From positions 29,841,245 through 29,905,244 of the forward strand of contig NC_057718.1 of the NCBI RefSeq assembly GCF_004010195.1: a stretch of 64,000 nucleotides of DNA. The letters are read 5' to 3'. Source of the DNA: Chiloscyllium plagiosum. Taxonomy: Eukaryota. Position 1 is the first letter of the stretch. Every line of letters begins with the position of its first letter. Below, in pieces: positions 1 to 13,069 of this stretch. Both the position numbers and the translations under genes were made by a program. The notes beneath the pieces were generated by a model. It searched no databases. It saw nothing but the letters and a program-made list of their open reading frames with translations, and was not told where the DNA came from.

Positions 1-977
1 CTTTGCTGAGGACTGATCGTTCGTCCTCAGTGAGGGGGAGGTCTGGGGGGATGGTGAAAACTCGGCAGGGCTGGGAGCTGGGATCTGGTGTGGGTGTGGA
101 GCTGGGAGTGGGGGCGGAGCCAGTACCTGGAGCGGGTGTGATGGTGGGGGGAATGGGGGTGGAGGCATGAGCAGGGGTAGTGCTCCCCTCGGGGTTCTGG
201 GGGGTGGGAATAGTGACAGTGGGGTCTGTGGGGAACGTGTCAGCAGAATGCAGGTGAGTGGCGCTGGTGGGGTCGGAAGTGGTGGCAGACACGGCAGTAG
301 GGGTGGCGGAAATCACTGAGCGTGTGGCATCGGCGATGATGTGAGGGCCGGAAGTGGCTGTGGGAGTGGCCATGATGGGGGCAGAAGTGACATCATCAAT
401 CAGCGTGGGGGTGGTAGCTGCATCAACCACATGGCTAATGGCGTTTCCGAGGCCAGGGGAATCTTCTGGGATGTTTGAGGAGCGCTGGTTATGGAGGTGG
501 GTGGATAAAAGTTTGTTGCACTTAACAGTTTTTGATGTTTGAGATGGAATTGAAATACTGTTTGTTGAGAGTATGAATTCTCCTGAGGATGTAGTACAGA
601 ATGGTTCCTTTGCAATTCTGAGAGAGTGTGGCCCTCAGCTGAGGCAGGGCAGACTGTAGAGAGGTTAGGTGCCGGCGCATTGCTGCAAGCGTGGAGCGGA
701 GGATCTTGAAGGAGAACTGTTGCTGGTGTTTTTGAATCTGTAGTCTGTACTGTTTGTCCTGTTCGGGTCCGAACTCTGCTGGATTAAAGATGGTCCGGAG
801 TCCGTGTGGGATGAGTTGGTTACGAAGGCATGCACTGCGGAAGCAAATGTGGCTGTGGTACTGAGTTTGTTTCACGACATGGTTGAAGAGCTTCAGGGCA
901 GAGGAAATGACCTGGGAGAGGGACTCCCTGAGATTCTTGTCGAGAGAGCAGGAAAACTTCTTCAAGGCAGGCCCCAA
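1..977 (-). mobile_element. Penelope-like element, 5' part (N-terminal domain and Pro/Thr-rich linker), runs off the window edge
   Basis: ORF 522..977 contains HSHICFRSACLRNQLIPHGL, resembling the H..FL..C....LIP.GL motif of PLE N-terminal domains; followed by a low-complexity C-rich (minus strand) linker. Confidence 0.65.
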
Positions 978-979
978 TG

Positions 980-1310
980 ATGAAAGAGCGAGCTGAACGC
1001 GACGATGAGAGAGATTCCTCCAGCATCAGCAAGTGCAGGCAGTCCAAGGTGTTCCATAGAGCAGGCCAAAGCAAAGGAAATTGAGCCCTTGTAGGGAGTG
1101 TGAGCCCAGTATGACTAAGCACCTAAAAGCTGTTGAACTTCTAACTTAATTTCTTTATTTTTCTACTTTATATTAAGGAGGACTGTAATGTTTAACTTTT
1201 AACTTAGTTTCCTTATTTTTCTACTTTGTACCTAGGTACCAAAAAGGACGACACTGTCCACTTTTCACTGCACTCGTACTTCTGTATGCATGCCAGTGAC
1301 ATCTAATTCA
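980..1310 (+). repeat. Non-autonomous repeat with a Rex1-like 3' tail
   Basis: Ends in cttttcactgcactcgtac..., similar to 43670-43715 and to the reverse complement of the Rex1 tail at 5800-5845. Confidence 0.4.
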
Positions 1311-1839
1311 AACACTATTTCTCCTAACCTCAAGGAAGCAAGCCTTGCGTATGTACACCTTTGTTTAAAAGAACCAACTATTTCAGAAGTCATAACTCAC
1401 TTCAAAAAAACCCAGATAATTATTTCTCATTACGACTTTAATTGCAAGATAGATTCACTTACCTCTCCCATCTTAGATTTACAACATTTACAGACAAAAT
1501 ATTGGATTACAAACTAGTTATGAAATACAGATTCATCCTCCTAACTCAATTCAATAATTTAAATATACACAAACTTTAACAGGTAAATGAAAAATAAAAA
1601 CATAGTAAATTACAAAATAGAAATTTAAAGAACACCAGCAAAGTAAATAGGGAAACTGAATGCAATAATTAAAATGGAGGACAACAAGCTGGATCGCACT
1701 GGCAAATACTGAACTCTACAAAAAGGGTTAGTTCCTTTGCTCCTTTGACCAACTAACCTTTCAAAAATAAAGTCATGACAATTGCCATTCAACCTGTGGG
1801 ACATCCTCTGCAATTTCATACTATCGCGGCTGATCAAAC

Positions 1840-4800
1840 AATGTCTTTTACCCAGCCTGTCTCTTTAACCCTGTATGCCACTGGTAATCAGAAATCCATC
1901 TACCTCTATGTTCAGGTTAAAAAAAATAGCTTCTGCAATCCTCTGTGGTAGAGAATTACAATGATTTAAAGCCCTTGATTAAAATAATTTCTCAATCTGG
2001 AATTAAACAGCATCCCCCTTACAATTAAATTGCACCACCCAATTCTTGAGTCTACAAGCACGGGAAACATTTTACCAGCAGCTATCCTGTCTAGCCCTTG
2101 AAGTAATTGAAGGTTTTGAGGAGACCACCTTTCCTTCTTTGAAACTCACGAGAACACAAACCTAGGGTTTAGATCAGAGTGGTGCTGGAAAAGCACAGCA
2201 GGTCAGGCAGCAGCAGAGGAGCAGGAAAAATCGATGTTTCGGGCAAAAGCCCTTCATCAAGCATAGAGGCAGGGAGCCTCCACGGTGGAGAGATAAATGG
2301 GGGAGTGGGGCTGAGGAGAAAGTCGCAAAGAGTACAATAGGTGAATGGGGGTGGGTATGGAGGCGATAGGTTAGAGAAGAGGTTGGGGGAAGGTAGCAAA
2401 GAGTACGATTGGGAATAGGGGTGATAGGTCANNNNNNNNNNNNNNNNNNNNNNNNNNNNNNNNNNNNNNNNNNNNNNNNNNNNNNNNNNNNNNNNNNNNN
2501 NNNNNNNGTCCAGTCTCCCCAATGTAGAGGAGACCGCATCAGGAGCAATGGATACAATAAATGATATTGGTGGATGTGCAGGTAAAACTTTGATGGATGT
2601 AGAAGGCTTCTTTGGGGTCTTGGATGGAGGTGAGGGAGGAGATGTGGACGCAGGTTTTGCAGTTCCTGTGGTGGCAAAGGAGGGTGTCATGACAGGACGA
2701 GGGGTTGTTGGGGGGGACGTGGACCTGACCAGTAGTCACGGAGGGAACGGTCTTTGCGGAAGGCGGAAAGGGATGGGGAGGGAAATACATCTCTGGTGGT
2801 GGGGTCAGTTTGGAGGTGGCGGAAATGTCGGATGATGATGCAGTTAATGCGAAGGTTGGTAGGGTGGAAAGTGAGGACCGGGGGGTTCTGTCCTTGTTAT
2901 GGTTGGAGGGGGAGGGGGGTTTGAGGGCAGAGGTGCTGGATGTGGATGAGATGCATTGGAGGGCACCTTCAACCACATGGGAAGGGAAATTGCGATCTCT
3001 AGAGGAGGCGGCCATCTGGTGTGTTCTATGGTCGAACTGGTCCTCCTGGGAGTAGGTACGGTGGAGGCGGAGGAATTGGGAATATGGGATGGCATTTTTG
3101 CAGGAGGTAGGGTGGGAAGAGGTGTAATCCAGGTAGTTGTGGGAGTCGGTGGGTTTGTAAAAATGTCAGTGTCAAGTCGGTCGTCATTTATGGAGAGGTC
3201 CAGGATGGGGAGGGAGGTGTCAAAAATGGTCCAGGTGAATTTAAGGTCGGGGTGGAATGTATTGGTGAGGTTGATGAATTGCTCAACCTCCTCACGGGAG
3301 CACGAGTTGGCACCGATGCAGTCATCAATGTAGCGGAGGTGGGGAGTGGTGCCAGTGTAACTATGGAAGATGGACTGTTCTACATAGCCGACAAAAAGAC
3401 AGGCATAATTGGGGCTCATACGGGTGCCCATGGCTACCCCTTTGGTCTGGAGGAAGTGGGAGGATTCAAAGGAGAAATTGTTAAGGGTGAGGACAAGTTC
3501 AGCCAAACGAATGAGTATGTCAGTGGAAGCGTACTGTTGGGGACGTCGGGAGTGGAAGAAACGGAGGGCTTGGAGGCCCTGGTCATGGCGGATGGAGGTG
3601 TAGAGGGATTGGATGTCCATGGTAAAGATGAGGCGTTGGGGGCCGGGGAAACGGAAGTCTTGGAGGAGGTGGACGGCGTGGGTGATGTCTTGAATGTATG
3701 TGGGGAGTTTCTGGACTATGGGGGATAGGACAGTATCGGTCGTGATGAGTTCAGTGGGACAGGAGCAGGCCGAGACAATGGGTCGGCCAGGGTAATCAGG
3801 CTTGTGGACTTTGGGGAGGAGGTAGAATCGGGTGGTGCGGGGTTCCCGGACTACGAGGTTGGAAGCTGTGGGTGGGAGATTTCCCGAGGTGATGAGGTAC
3901 TGAATGATCTGGGAGATGACGGTTTGGTGATGGGGGGGGGTGGAGTCATGGTCGGGGAGCGGTAGGAGGAGGTGTCTTCAAGTTGGCGTCTGGCTTCAGC
4001 GGTGTAGAGGTCGGTGCGCCAAACTACCACTGCACCCCCTTTATCTGCTGGTTTGATGGTGAGGTTGGGATTGGAGGAGAGGGAGTGGAGGGCTGCGCAT
4101 TGTGAGGGTGAGAGGTTAGAGTGGGGAGGGGGGTAGACAGGTTGAGGCAGTTAATGTCCCGGCAGCAGTTGGAAATGCAAGGGCGAGTAATAGGCCAGCA
4201 CGGGGTGTCCAGGTGGATGGAGTGTGTTGGATGCGAGTGAAGGGGTCCTCGGAGTGAACACAAACTCAGTTTGCTCAAACTCTCTTCATTGGACAGTCCT
4301 GCCATACGAGGAAAAAAAAGTCTGGTGAACTTTGGTTGCACTGTCTTTATGGCAATTATATCTTTCCTGAGATAAGCAGACCATAACTATATACAGTCCT
4401 CATGATACAGTCTACAAGATCATACACGACTGATTTCACTGCTCCTGTACTCAAATCCTCTTGCAATAAGGCTAACATTTCATCAGCCTTCCTAACACTT
4501 TGCTGCATCAGCATATTAGACTTCTGCAACTTCTCAGCATGGGCACCCAGGTCCATGTGTGCATCTACACTTTCCAACCTCTTACCATTTAAGTAGCATT
4601 CTACATAAATTTTCTGCAACCCCAGTTGATATGTCACATTTTGCCACATGCCATTCTATCTGTCGTGTTCTAGCCCATTCACTAATTCCATCCAAATCCT
4701 CCTGAAGCCATTTTACATGTTCTTCAAACACACATTCCCACAAACTTTTATATCATGGGTAAATTTCGAAATATTTAATTTGGTCCCCATCTCAAAACCT

Positions 4801-5780
4801 TTGAGAGAAATTTTGAACAGCTAGGCTCCCAAGTACTAACTCTGCTGCATTAGTTACAGCCTACCAACGCAGGAATGACCCATTTATTTCTACTGGTTTG
4901 TGTTTGTTAGCCCATTTTTAATCCATACCAGTATGTGACCTCCTAGCCCTTGTATTTAATTTTTCCAGCCAGCCTCCTGTGGGGGTTTCATCAAAAGACT
5001 TCTGAAAATCTATATCCTTTGTTTCTACTTCAAATTTGAATGTAACATCTTCAAAAAACATTTCATGATTTCCCATCCACACATTTCTGGTGACTATGCC
5101 AACCCGATCATCAACCAGGTGTCTATCCCATCCTTTATAATAGGTTCTCGAACTTTCAGACTACAGTAAAAAAAAAAATCAATAGGTCTATTGTTCCTGG
5201 CGTTATCTCTCATTCCCTTCTTAAATAGTGGAGAGACATTTGCTACCTTCCAATGCACAGGAATCTTTCCAGTATCTGCAGAAGTTAGAAGATAATCCCC
5301 AATGCAGTGGATACCTCAATGGGTACCTCCTTCAAAGTTTTGGGATGAAGAACATCAGGTCCTGAGGATTCATCAGCTTTTAGCCCCATTAAAATCTCCA
5401 GTACGTTCTTAATTATGTTAATTTCTTTCAACTCATCTCCCGAGCCACTTGGACCTCTAGTTGTGCGAGATTTCTGGTATCTTCCTTAATGGAAACAAAC
5501 ACAAGGTAATCACTTCTCAATTATTTTGGTAACTTGCATTCATATTCCATTGTTCTTTTCCTGATCCTCCTTTGCAGTATTCTACAAACCTCCCAATCCT
5601 CAGAATTACTTATATTTCTGGCAACTTTGCCATCCTTCTTTTTGCCTCTTATGTAATCCCAAACTCTGTTAGTCACAGTTGATTAATCATTTTTGAGTTT
5701 TTGTACCTTGAAGGAATGTATGGTTGCTTTAATCCTCCACCGCTTTAGTTCACCCAATTCATATACAGATTGAAGTCACC
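1840..5780 (-). mobile_element. Degenerate CR1 LINE ORF2, interrupted by the PLE at about 2170-4255
   Basis: Minus-strand CR1-like peptide YLNGKRL...DLG in ORF 4356..4649; gaacacaaac is repeated at 2152-2161 and 4256-4265 on either side of the PLE (TSD-like). Confidence 0.65.
2170..4255 (-). mobile_element. Penelope-like retroelement (RT + GIY-YIG + hammerhead-bearing tail), frameshifted, spans an N gap
   Basis: RT motifs MDIQSLYTSI, QTKGVAMGTRMSPNYACLFVGY, RYIDD; GIY-YIG region FTCTSTNIIYCIHC; tail TTGATGAAGGGCTTTTGCCCGAAACATC on the minus strand at about 2231-2260. Confidence 0.9.
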
Positions 5781-5794
5781 CATGATAATTGCGT

Positions 5795-7370
5795 TGTTGA
5801 ATTGAATTTATTGTCACGTGTACCAAGGCAGAGTGAAAAGCTTTGTCTTGCAAGCAATACAAGCAGTTCACATAGTTAAGTAGCATAGATAGTAAATAAT
5901 AGGTAAACAGCACCAAAAACAAGAACACAGGTACAGGCGAATGCTAAGAGTTTGAGAGTATATTCAGTATTCTAACAGTAGGGTAGAAACTGTTACAAAA
6001 CCGGCTGGTGCATGTATCCAGGCTTCTGTACCTTCTCCCCAAAGGTCGAGGTTGTAGTAAAACACTGCCAGGGTGGGATGCTGGTGGCCTTTCCTTGACA
6101 GAGGGCCTGGTAGATGGATTCTATAGATGAGAGGTTGACCTTTGTGATTGTCCGGGCCAAGTTCACCACTCTCTATAACCGTCTCCGATCTTGAATGGTA
6201 CAGATGCCATACCAGATAGTGATATATCCAGGCAGAATGCTCTTGATGGTGCACCTATAAAAGCTGGCAAGGGTATTCGTCGTTATGCCAAATTTTCTCA
6301 GCTGCCTGAGGAAGAGGAGACATTAGAACATAGAACATTACAGCGCAGTACAGGCCCTTCAGTCCTTGATGTTGCACCGACCTGTCATACCAATCTGAAG
6401 CCCATCTAACCTCACTATTTCATGTACGTCCATACATTGGGCCTTTGTAACCCATGTATCCACATGAAAAGTCCAAGAAAGCTTGTTTTGGATGACCACT
6501 CCCAGGAGATTGACACTCTCCACTCGTTCAACTCTGTGCTGTTAATGTGCAGGGGGACATGAGTAACATCCTACAGAAAGTCAATAATGAGTTCCTTGGT
6601 TTTGCCGGCATTGAGAGCTAGGTTGTTCTCGGTGCACCATTTTTCAAGGTCTTCCACCTCCCGTTTGTAGTCTGTTTCGTCGCCATCTGAGATTCAACCA
6701 ACTATGGTAGTGTCATCAGCAAACTTGTAAATGGCATTAGTCTGGTATTTGGCAATGCAGTCATGGGTATACAGTGAGTACAGTAAGGGGCTGAGTATGC
6801 ACCCCTTGGGGGGGCTCCAATGTTGAGTGTGAGTGACGATAAAATGTTGTCCCCAATCTTCACTGATTGTGGCCTGTGGGTCAGAAAACTGAGGATCCAG
6901 TGCAGAGAGTGGGGCTTAGTCAGAGATCACTTAGTTTAGTAATCAGTCTCAAGGGGATATTAGTGCTGAAAGTTGAACTGTAGTTAATGAGTAGGATTCT
7001 TAGGTAGCTGTTCTTGGTGTCAAGATGTTCTCAGGAGGAGTGAAGGGCAAGTGATATGGCATCTGATGCGGATCTGTTGGTCCGATAGGCAAATTGGAGT
7101 GGATCAAGAGTAGTGGGGAGGCTGGAGTTGATCAATGCCATGACCACCAACATTCGGGCCACTGGGCAGTAGTCATTCAAACATGCTGCATGAGCCTTCT
7201 TTGGCACAGGGATGATGTCTGCCCTCTTGAAATAGGCAGGGACAGTGACCTGCTGCAGGGAGAGGTCGAAGATGTCAATACGACCTCTGCCAGATGATCT
7301 GCGCATGCTGAGTGCATGGCGTGGTATTCCGTCTGGTCCCATCGCTTTCCTTCAATTCACACATCATATG
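5795..7370 (-). mobile_element. Rex1/Babar-type non-LTR retrotransposon, 5'-truncated
   Basis: ORF 7031..7342 with IIPVPKK...CLNDY.PVA and LDPLQFAYRTNRSASDAISLALH, typical of Rex1/Babar RT; 3' tail gtgacaataaattcaattca. Confidence 0.85.
6325..6433 (-). mobile_element. CR1 3' tail inserted in the Rex1 element
   Basis: agaacatagaacattacagcgcagtacaggccctt is the reverse complement of a CR1 3' end; acatt flanks both sides (6320-6324, 6434-6438). Confidence 0.7.
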
Positions 7371-7429
7371 AACTTTATACTGAGCTGACCTCTGATGCAG
7401 TGACTTTTGGGATAGGTTGGTCAGGACTA

Positions 7430-7890
7430 GTCAGAATAGGTGTTACCTCTACGCCAAAATTCTGTTCAAAGCGAGCATAGGTGTTGAGACAATCTGGGAG
7501 GGATGTGTCATCGTGCATGCTAGCATGCTACAGGTTTCTCTCATCTCCTGATTAATACCATGTCCCATACTATCATTACAATTTGGTGGCCTAGAAATAA
7601 TTTGAACACGTATCTGTTGTCTCTTACCATTTCTTAGTTTCACAGATTCCACACATCATCCCTTACCAGTGTACTGATCAAATCTATTTTTATCAGTACA
7701 ATGCCACCTCCTTTTCTTTCTTGTTTGCTCTTCTTAAACATCAAATATTCTTTAAAATTCATTTCCCAGCATGTTTCCATAATGGCAATGAGGGCATACC
7801 CATCTATCTCTTTGTTCCTACAGATCATCTCGCCTGTTGCGAAAGATGCATGCATTCAGATAGTGTCCTTAACTTCGTCTTTTTAATAGC
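7430..7890 (-). mobile_element. Degenerate CR1 endonuclease-region fragment
   Basis: IAIMETCW and KGGGIVLIK in ORF 7640..7855; IISRPPN in ORF 7449..7652. Confidence 0.55.
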
Positions 7891-9085
7891 TTTCCACTTT
7901 CAAAACATATTCCATGTTCTGCTTTATTTCTCCAGTCTCCTAGTCTCTCTAACATGTCTTTGTCAAGCAAGGACATTATTTTTAAAAAAAGAGACCGCAA
8001 TAGAATACATGAAGATCTACAAATGTAAATAATGGAATCAAAGATAAAACTGTTAAGGATACAGTACAGATCAAATAGTAAGAATGATTTTGTTGGCGAA
8101 TATATGGAATGATCAAAAAAAAAAATCCCCAAGGTAATCTGCCAAGAGTAGGTCTGAAAGGTGAGAAAGGGTTAGAATTTTCATATGATATAATCAAGTG
8201 GTTTCTGGCCCAACATACAATAAACCCAAAAAGGATGAAGCGAGGGTCAGTTTTGGTCGACTCGGGAATGAGAAACAGACCAGAACTAATAATGAAAACA
8301 GCACAGTAGAGGGAGTAATGATCACAAAATCATAAAGGCTTACAGTAATAATTAAAAAGATACAAGTAAACCTAAGAAATACATTATAGAAAAAGGTACT
8401 AAGAAATGAGAATGTAAATATACTAAAGAAAAATATTGAAACAAGGTAGATGAATAGCAAACAATATTTAAAAGGGATAGAGATGAAGAGAGATGTATTC
8501 CAGTCCAAGGTGAAATGTAATCTAAAGAAAAAGGCTTCAAACAAAAAAAAGCATAAACAATAAATAAGATAGATGAATATGAGATGAACATGAAACATCA
8601 AAATACTGAAAGTCATCTGGTTTTTAAACACTTGTAACAAAAATGAGAAAATAGATAGGGATGGGCCACTAAAGGATGAGGAAGATAAACACACAAAGGA
8701 TACGACTCAACTGGCAAAGAGAAAGAGTAGATATTTTGCCTCAATTTTCACTGGGGAGACTAGGTGGATTGAAAACAGTTGAGATAGAAGGGAAAAAAAA
8801 TACTGAACAGGTTTAAAATCCACAAACCCAGATGCCTGACTTCCTGATGCTCAAAGAAACTCAGAAGGAGACCGTAGCAGCACAAATATCCATACATTTA
8901 CATTCAACACGTAGTGACGACAATAGGCAGATCGCAAATATGGTGCGTATTTGGCGATCTCTAGATCTAATTCAGGGAACACATTTTAAAAATCCATTGA
9001 TACATCAAAGAAGCATTTAGAAGAAATTTCTTTGTACAAAAGACTGAGAACGTGAAACTCTCAGCTACTTATGTGGTTAAAGACA

Positions 9086-10008
9086 AAACAAAACTGCAGA
9101 TGCTGGAATCCAAAGTAGACAAGCAGGAGGCTGGAAGAACACAGCAAGCCAGACAATATTGGAAGATGGAAAAGTCAACGTTTCAGGTGTAACTCTTCTT
9201 CGGGGCTGTGGGTGGCATTAAGGGGAGCTGCAGAAAAAGGGTGGTGAGGAGAGGGGCAGAGCAGTGAGGTAGTGATAGGTGAACACAAGCAGAGGGTACA
9301 CCTGGTTGGTCGATGGGAGGAATGAATCTGTTTGGTAGCTAGAAGGAAGAATCGGGCAGAGGAATGGAAGGGAGGAGGAGCTGGAAAAGGAGTCGGAGAT
9401 GAGTGGGAAGGTTATTTGAAATCGGAGATTTCAACGTTGAGTCCTCTGGGCTGTCGGAAGATAGGTTTTGTTCCTCCAATTTGCAGTCTGATTTGCTGTG
9501 GCAGTGGAAGAGGCCGAGGATGGTAATGTCGGAAAGGGAATTGAATTGGACGGTGACAAGGAGATCAGGTCAGCCCTCGCAAGCCCGGTTAAGATGCTCA
9601 GCAAAACATGCCCTTAGTTTATGTTTAGTCTCACCGACCGTCCTTGCAGAAGGAAGAGAGGAATGGGGAGGAAAAGATGTGCTTGGTGGTGGGGTCTAGC
9701 TGGAGTTGGCAGATATGTTTAACAATAAGCCTCTTCTCCTCTCCTCCATTTCTCTGACCAACCTTCCTCCCAGTTACCAATCTGATTCATTCCTCCCATC
9801 GACCAACCAGGTTATACCCTCTACCTATGTTCACCTATCACTACCTCACTACTCTGCCCCTCTCCCCACCCAAAACTCTGCCACAACCCCACTTTAGCTG
9901 CAGCTCCCCTTACCTCCACCCCCAGTCCTGAAGAAGAGTTACACCCAAAACACCTCCTGATGATGCCTGGCTTGCAGTGTTCTCCCAGCCAACTGCCTGT
10001 CTACTGAA
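9086..10008. mobile_element. Fold-back PLE tail insertion (family B) with TSD
   Basis: About 9110-9380 is the inverted repeat of about 9740-10005; TSD-like gtggttaaagaca 9073-9085 and gtggttaagaca 10009-10020; hammerhead-like CTGAAGAAGAGTTACACCCAAAAC at 9928. Confidence 0.8.
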
Positions 10009-10599
10009 GTGGTTAAGACAGTGCTGACACAAAGGGAGGCTTGATGTAAACACAAGAGAGAAGGACAAGGAATATGCAAAATGTGAGAGGAGGTAATCAG
10101 ATTATAAGGCTTGTGTACTATCTAAATAACGGCACTGATTATTTGGGTCAAATTACTTTTTATATGTACAATCTAAAGAACAATCAGATAACTAAACATT
10201 GGATCGCAACATTTCTAGTTCAGTTATTTACATTGATTTATTCAAATTACATAAAGTGTTTGAATTACCAGCAATATACATTCACTTGTCGTTGCAGACA
10301 AAATATTGCCAATAATGACAAAATATTCTGATATTATTTCAAAATTCTGGCATCTGAAGTATTTTATTTCATTTAACTTCTGTCTTTTCAATTCCTGTTT
10401 CTTGAAGTTACTTGTTGGAAGCAAAGTTTGCTTTGATTTTGCAAAGATAACATCATGAAATGTAATTTGCTTCTCTAATATGATAAAATGTCTATGAAAT
10501 AAAATATGACAACAAACCATTTGGTCAAATGCTTGGTAAAATAATAGATTTTAAGTAATATGTGAAAAGGAGGAAAGCAAGGGTGGGTGAAGGCATGCT

Positions 10600-11772
10600 G
10601 GACAAGACAAAAAATGGAAAATTATCGGCCAATTAGCCTAACCTCGGTTGTTGGTAAACTTCTAGAATCCATCATTAAGGATGAGGTTTCTAAATTCTTG
10701 GAAGAGCAGAGTCTGATTAGAAGAAGTCAACATGGATTTAGTAAGGGGAGGTCGTGCCTGACAAACCTGTTGGAATTCTTTGAAGAGGTGACAAGTAGGT
10801 TAGACCAGGGAAACCCAGTGGATGTGGTCTATCTAGACTTCCAAAAGGCCTTTGATAAGGTGCCACACGGGAGGCTGCTGAGCAAGGTGAGGGCCCATGG
10901 TGTTCGAGGTGAGCTACTGGTATGGATTGAGGTCTGGCTGTCTAACAGAAGGCAGGGAGTGGGATAAAAGGTTCTTTTTCGGAATGGCAGCCGGTGACAA
11001 GCGGTGTCCCGCAGGGTTCAGTATTGGCCCGCAGCTGTTCACATTATATATTAATGATCTGGATGAAGGGACTGGGGGCAACCTAGCGAAGTTTGCCGAT
11101 GATACAAAGTTAGGTGGACAGGCAGATAGTAGTGAGGAAGTGGGGAGGCTGCAGAAGGATCTAGACAGTTTGGAAGAGTGGTCCAGNNNNNNNNNNNNNN
11201 NNNNNNNNNNNNNNNNNNNNNNNNNNNNNNNNNNNNNNNNNNNNNNNNNNNNNNNNNNNNNNNNNNNNNNNNNNNNNNNNNNNNNNNNNNNNNNNNNNNN
11301 NNNNNNNNNNNNNNNNNNNNNNNNNNNNNNNNNNNNNNNNNNNNNNNNNNNNNNNNNNNNNNNNNNNNNNNNNNNNNNNNNNNNNNNNNNNNNNNNNNNN
11401 NNNNNNNNNNNNNNNNNNNNNNNNNNNNNNNNNNNNNNGCTAGGAAATTGTTTCCGTTAGGTGAGGAGACTAGGACCCGTGGACACAGCCTTAGAATTAG
11501 AGGGGGTAAATTCAGAACAGAAATGCGGAGACATTTCTTCAGCCAGAGAGTGGTGGGCCTGTGGAATTCATTGCCGCAGAGTGCAGTGAAGGCCGGGGCG
11601 CTAAATGTCTTCAAGGCAGAGATTGATAAATTCTTGATGTCACAAGGAATTAAGGGCTACAGGGAGAATGCGGGTAAGTGGAGTTGCAATGCCCATCAGC
11701 CATGATTGAATGGCGGAGTGGACTCGATGGGCTGAATGGCCTTACTTCCACTCCTATGTCTTATGGTCTTAT
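10600..11772 (+). mobile_element. Young 5'-truncated CR1 LINE spanning an N gap, inserted in an older L2-like remnant
   Basis: NYRPISLTSVVGKLLE, QHGF.KGRSCLTNL, YLDFQKAFDKVPH, KFADDTKL; 3' tail tatggtcttatgg. Confidence 0.92.
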
Positions 11773-12495
11773 GGATGGGAGTTCCAGGGCTTAGGGCCTA
11801 GGCAGCTGAATGCAAGGCCACCATTGGTCAAATAATAAAACTGGGAATGCTCAAGACAGAGCCCATAATTATACAAGCTGGATATCCTCGAGAGTTGAGG
11901 CTAAATAAGTTACCAAAATGGGGAGTAGTAAAGCCAGGGAGGGATTTGAAATTAAGAATAAGAACTTTAAAATCAAGTTCTTGCTTGAACAGGAGCCAAA
12001 ACAGTGATAACTATATTAATAACCCCAAGTAATTATTGTTTAGGTGAGATCTTTATGAATTAGTTTCACAAAGACACAACAGCCTCTGAATAAATATTCT
12101 GGATAGATTCAATTTCAGAATTCAAACTTTTATTGACCTGATATTGTTTAACTTGCAGAACATGTAAGCAAGTCATGAAAACTTGGACTTGTTACAATCC
12201 CATGCTTCCTGGTTTCTTCACAATTCAATGTCATGTTAGTCGAGCAGTTAAAACTTTCTAGAACTTCAGTCGAGACACCATTTAGGTATACATTAATTGA
12301 CATAATTTTTTTAAAACACAGATTCTAAGATTTCCATGACTCTTCACATATTTGCATTACATGCCCACCAAGCAGAAAAAAAAATGGGTTGGAACTTAAG
12401 CTATAAGAATTCAATTTTTCCAAGAAATACCCTTCACAAAAATAAGGCAGTAAATTACAAAATAATAAAAGGGTGCATGTCCAGTATGAGAGAGA

Positions 12496-12697
12496 AAGTG
12501 AGGTCTGCAGATGCTGGAGATCAGAGCTGGAAATGTGTTGCTGGAAAAGCGCAGGTCAGGCAGCATCAAGGGAACAGGAGAATCGACGTTTCGGGCATTA
12601 GCCCGAAGAATTCCTGAAGAAGGGCTAATGCCCGAAACGTCGATTCTCCTGTTCCCTAGATGCTGCCTGACCTGCTGCGCTTTTCCAGCAACACATT
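12496..12697. mobile_element. About 200-bp palindromic PLE-tail micro-insertion with a 16-bp TSD
   Basis: Arms 12527-12604 and 12622-12702 are near-perfect inverted repeats; TSD tccagtatgagagaga at 12480-12495 and 12698-12713. Confidence 0.9.
12608..12646 (+). ncRNA. Minimal type I hammerhead ribozyme with intact core (PLE family A)
   Basis: CUGAAGA (12614-12620), stem II GGGC-UAAU-GCCC, GAAAC-GUC with predicted cleavage after C12641; palindromic ACGU stem III; stem I GAAUUC/GAUUC with one bulge. Confidence 0.75.
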
Positions 12698-13069
12698 TCC
12701 AGTATGAGAGAGACTCCACCTTAGTGAAACCGAATTCTAGTGAGTATATTTGGAAATTTGGTTTAAAGTCAGTGCATGGGAGAAGTGAAGAGCATTAAGT
12801 AATGATTATTTCAAGTAGTAAAATATGCTGACTGGTGAGTTCAGTGAAAGGCCAGATTGAGGTCCTTATCTTTTTTCTCAACCTCCAACATATGATTTCC
12901 AATTCTGGACAGAAGGAGCAGTAGGTGGGATCGTTCAAAACTACAAACTTTAAATCAGTACTCAAAGTACTGCATTGTTTTATCCCCATTCTAACATTTA
13001 CTCCAAGTTCCAAAACCTTTTAGGAATTGTTCGCTATATCAATTATTAATAAGGAATGATTAAAAATTA

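Noticed and set aside
2432..2507. Poly-X ORFs across N runs (also 11187-11438)
   Set aside because: Assembly gaps inside repeats; the ORF lengths are artefacts.
8194..8694. 166-aa hydrophobic ORF resembling a membrane protein
   Set aside because: Antisense of A-rich decayed LINE-like sequence; the F/L/I bias is compositional.
10242..10520. Exon-like stretches on both strands in AT-rich unique DNA
   Set aside because: Weak donors and no recognisable protein; cannot be supported.
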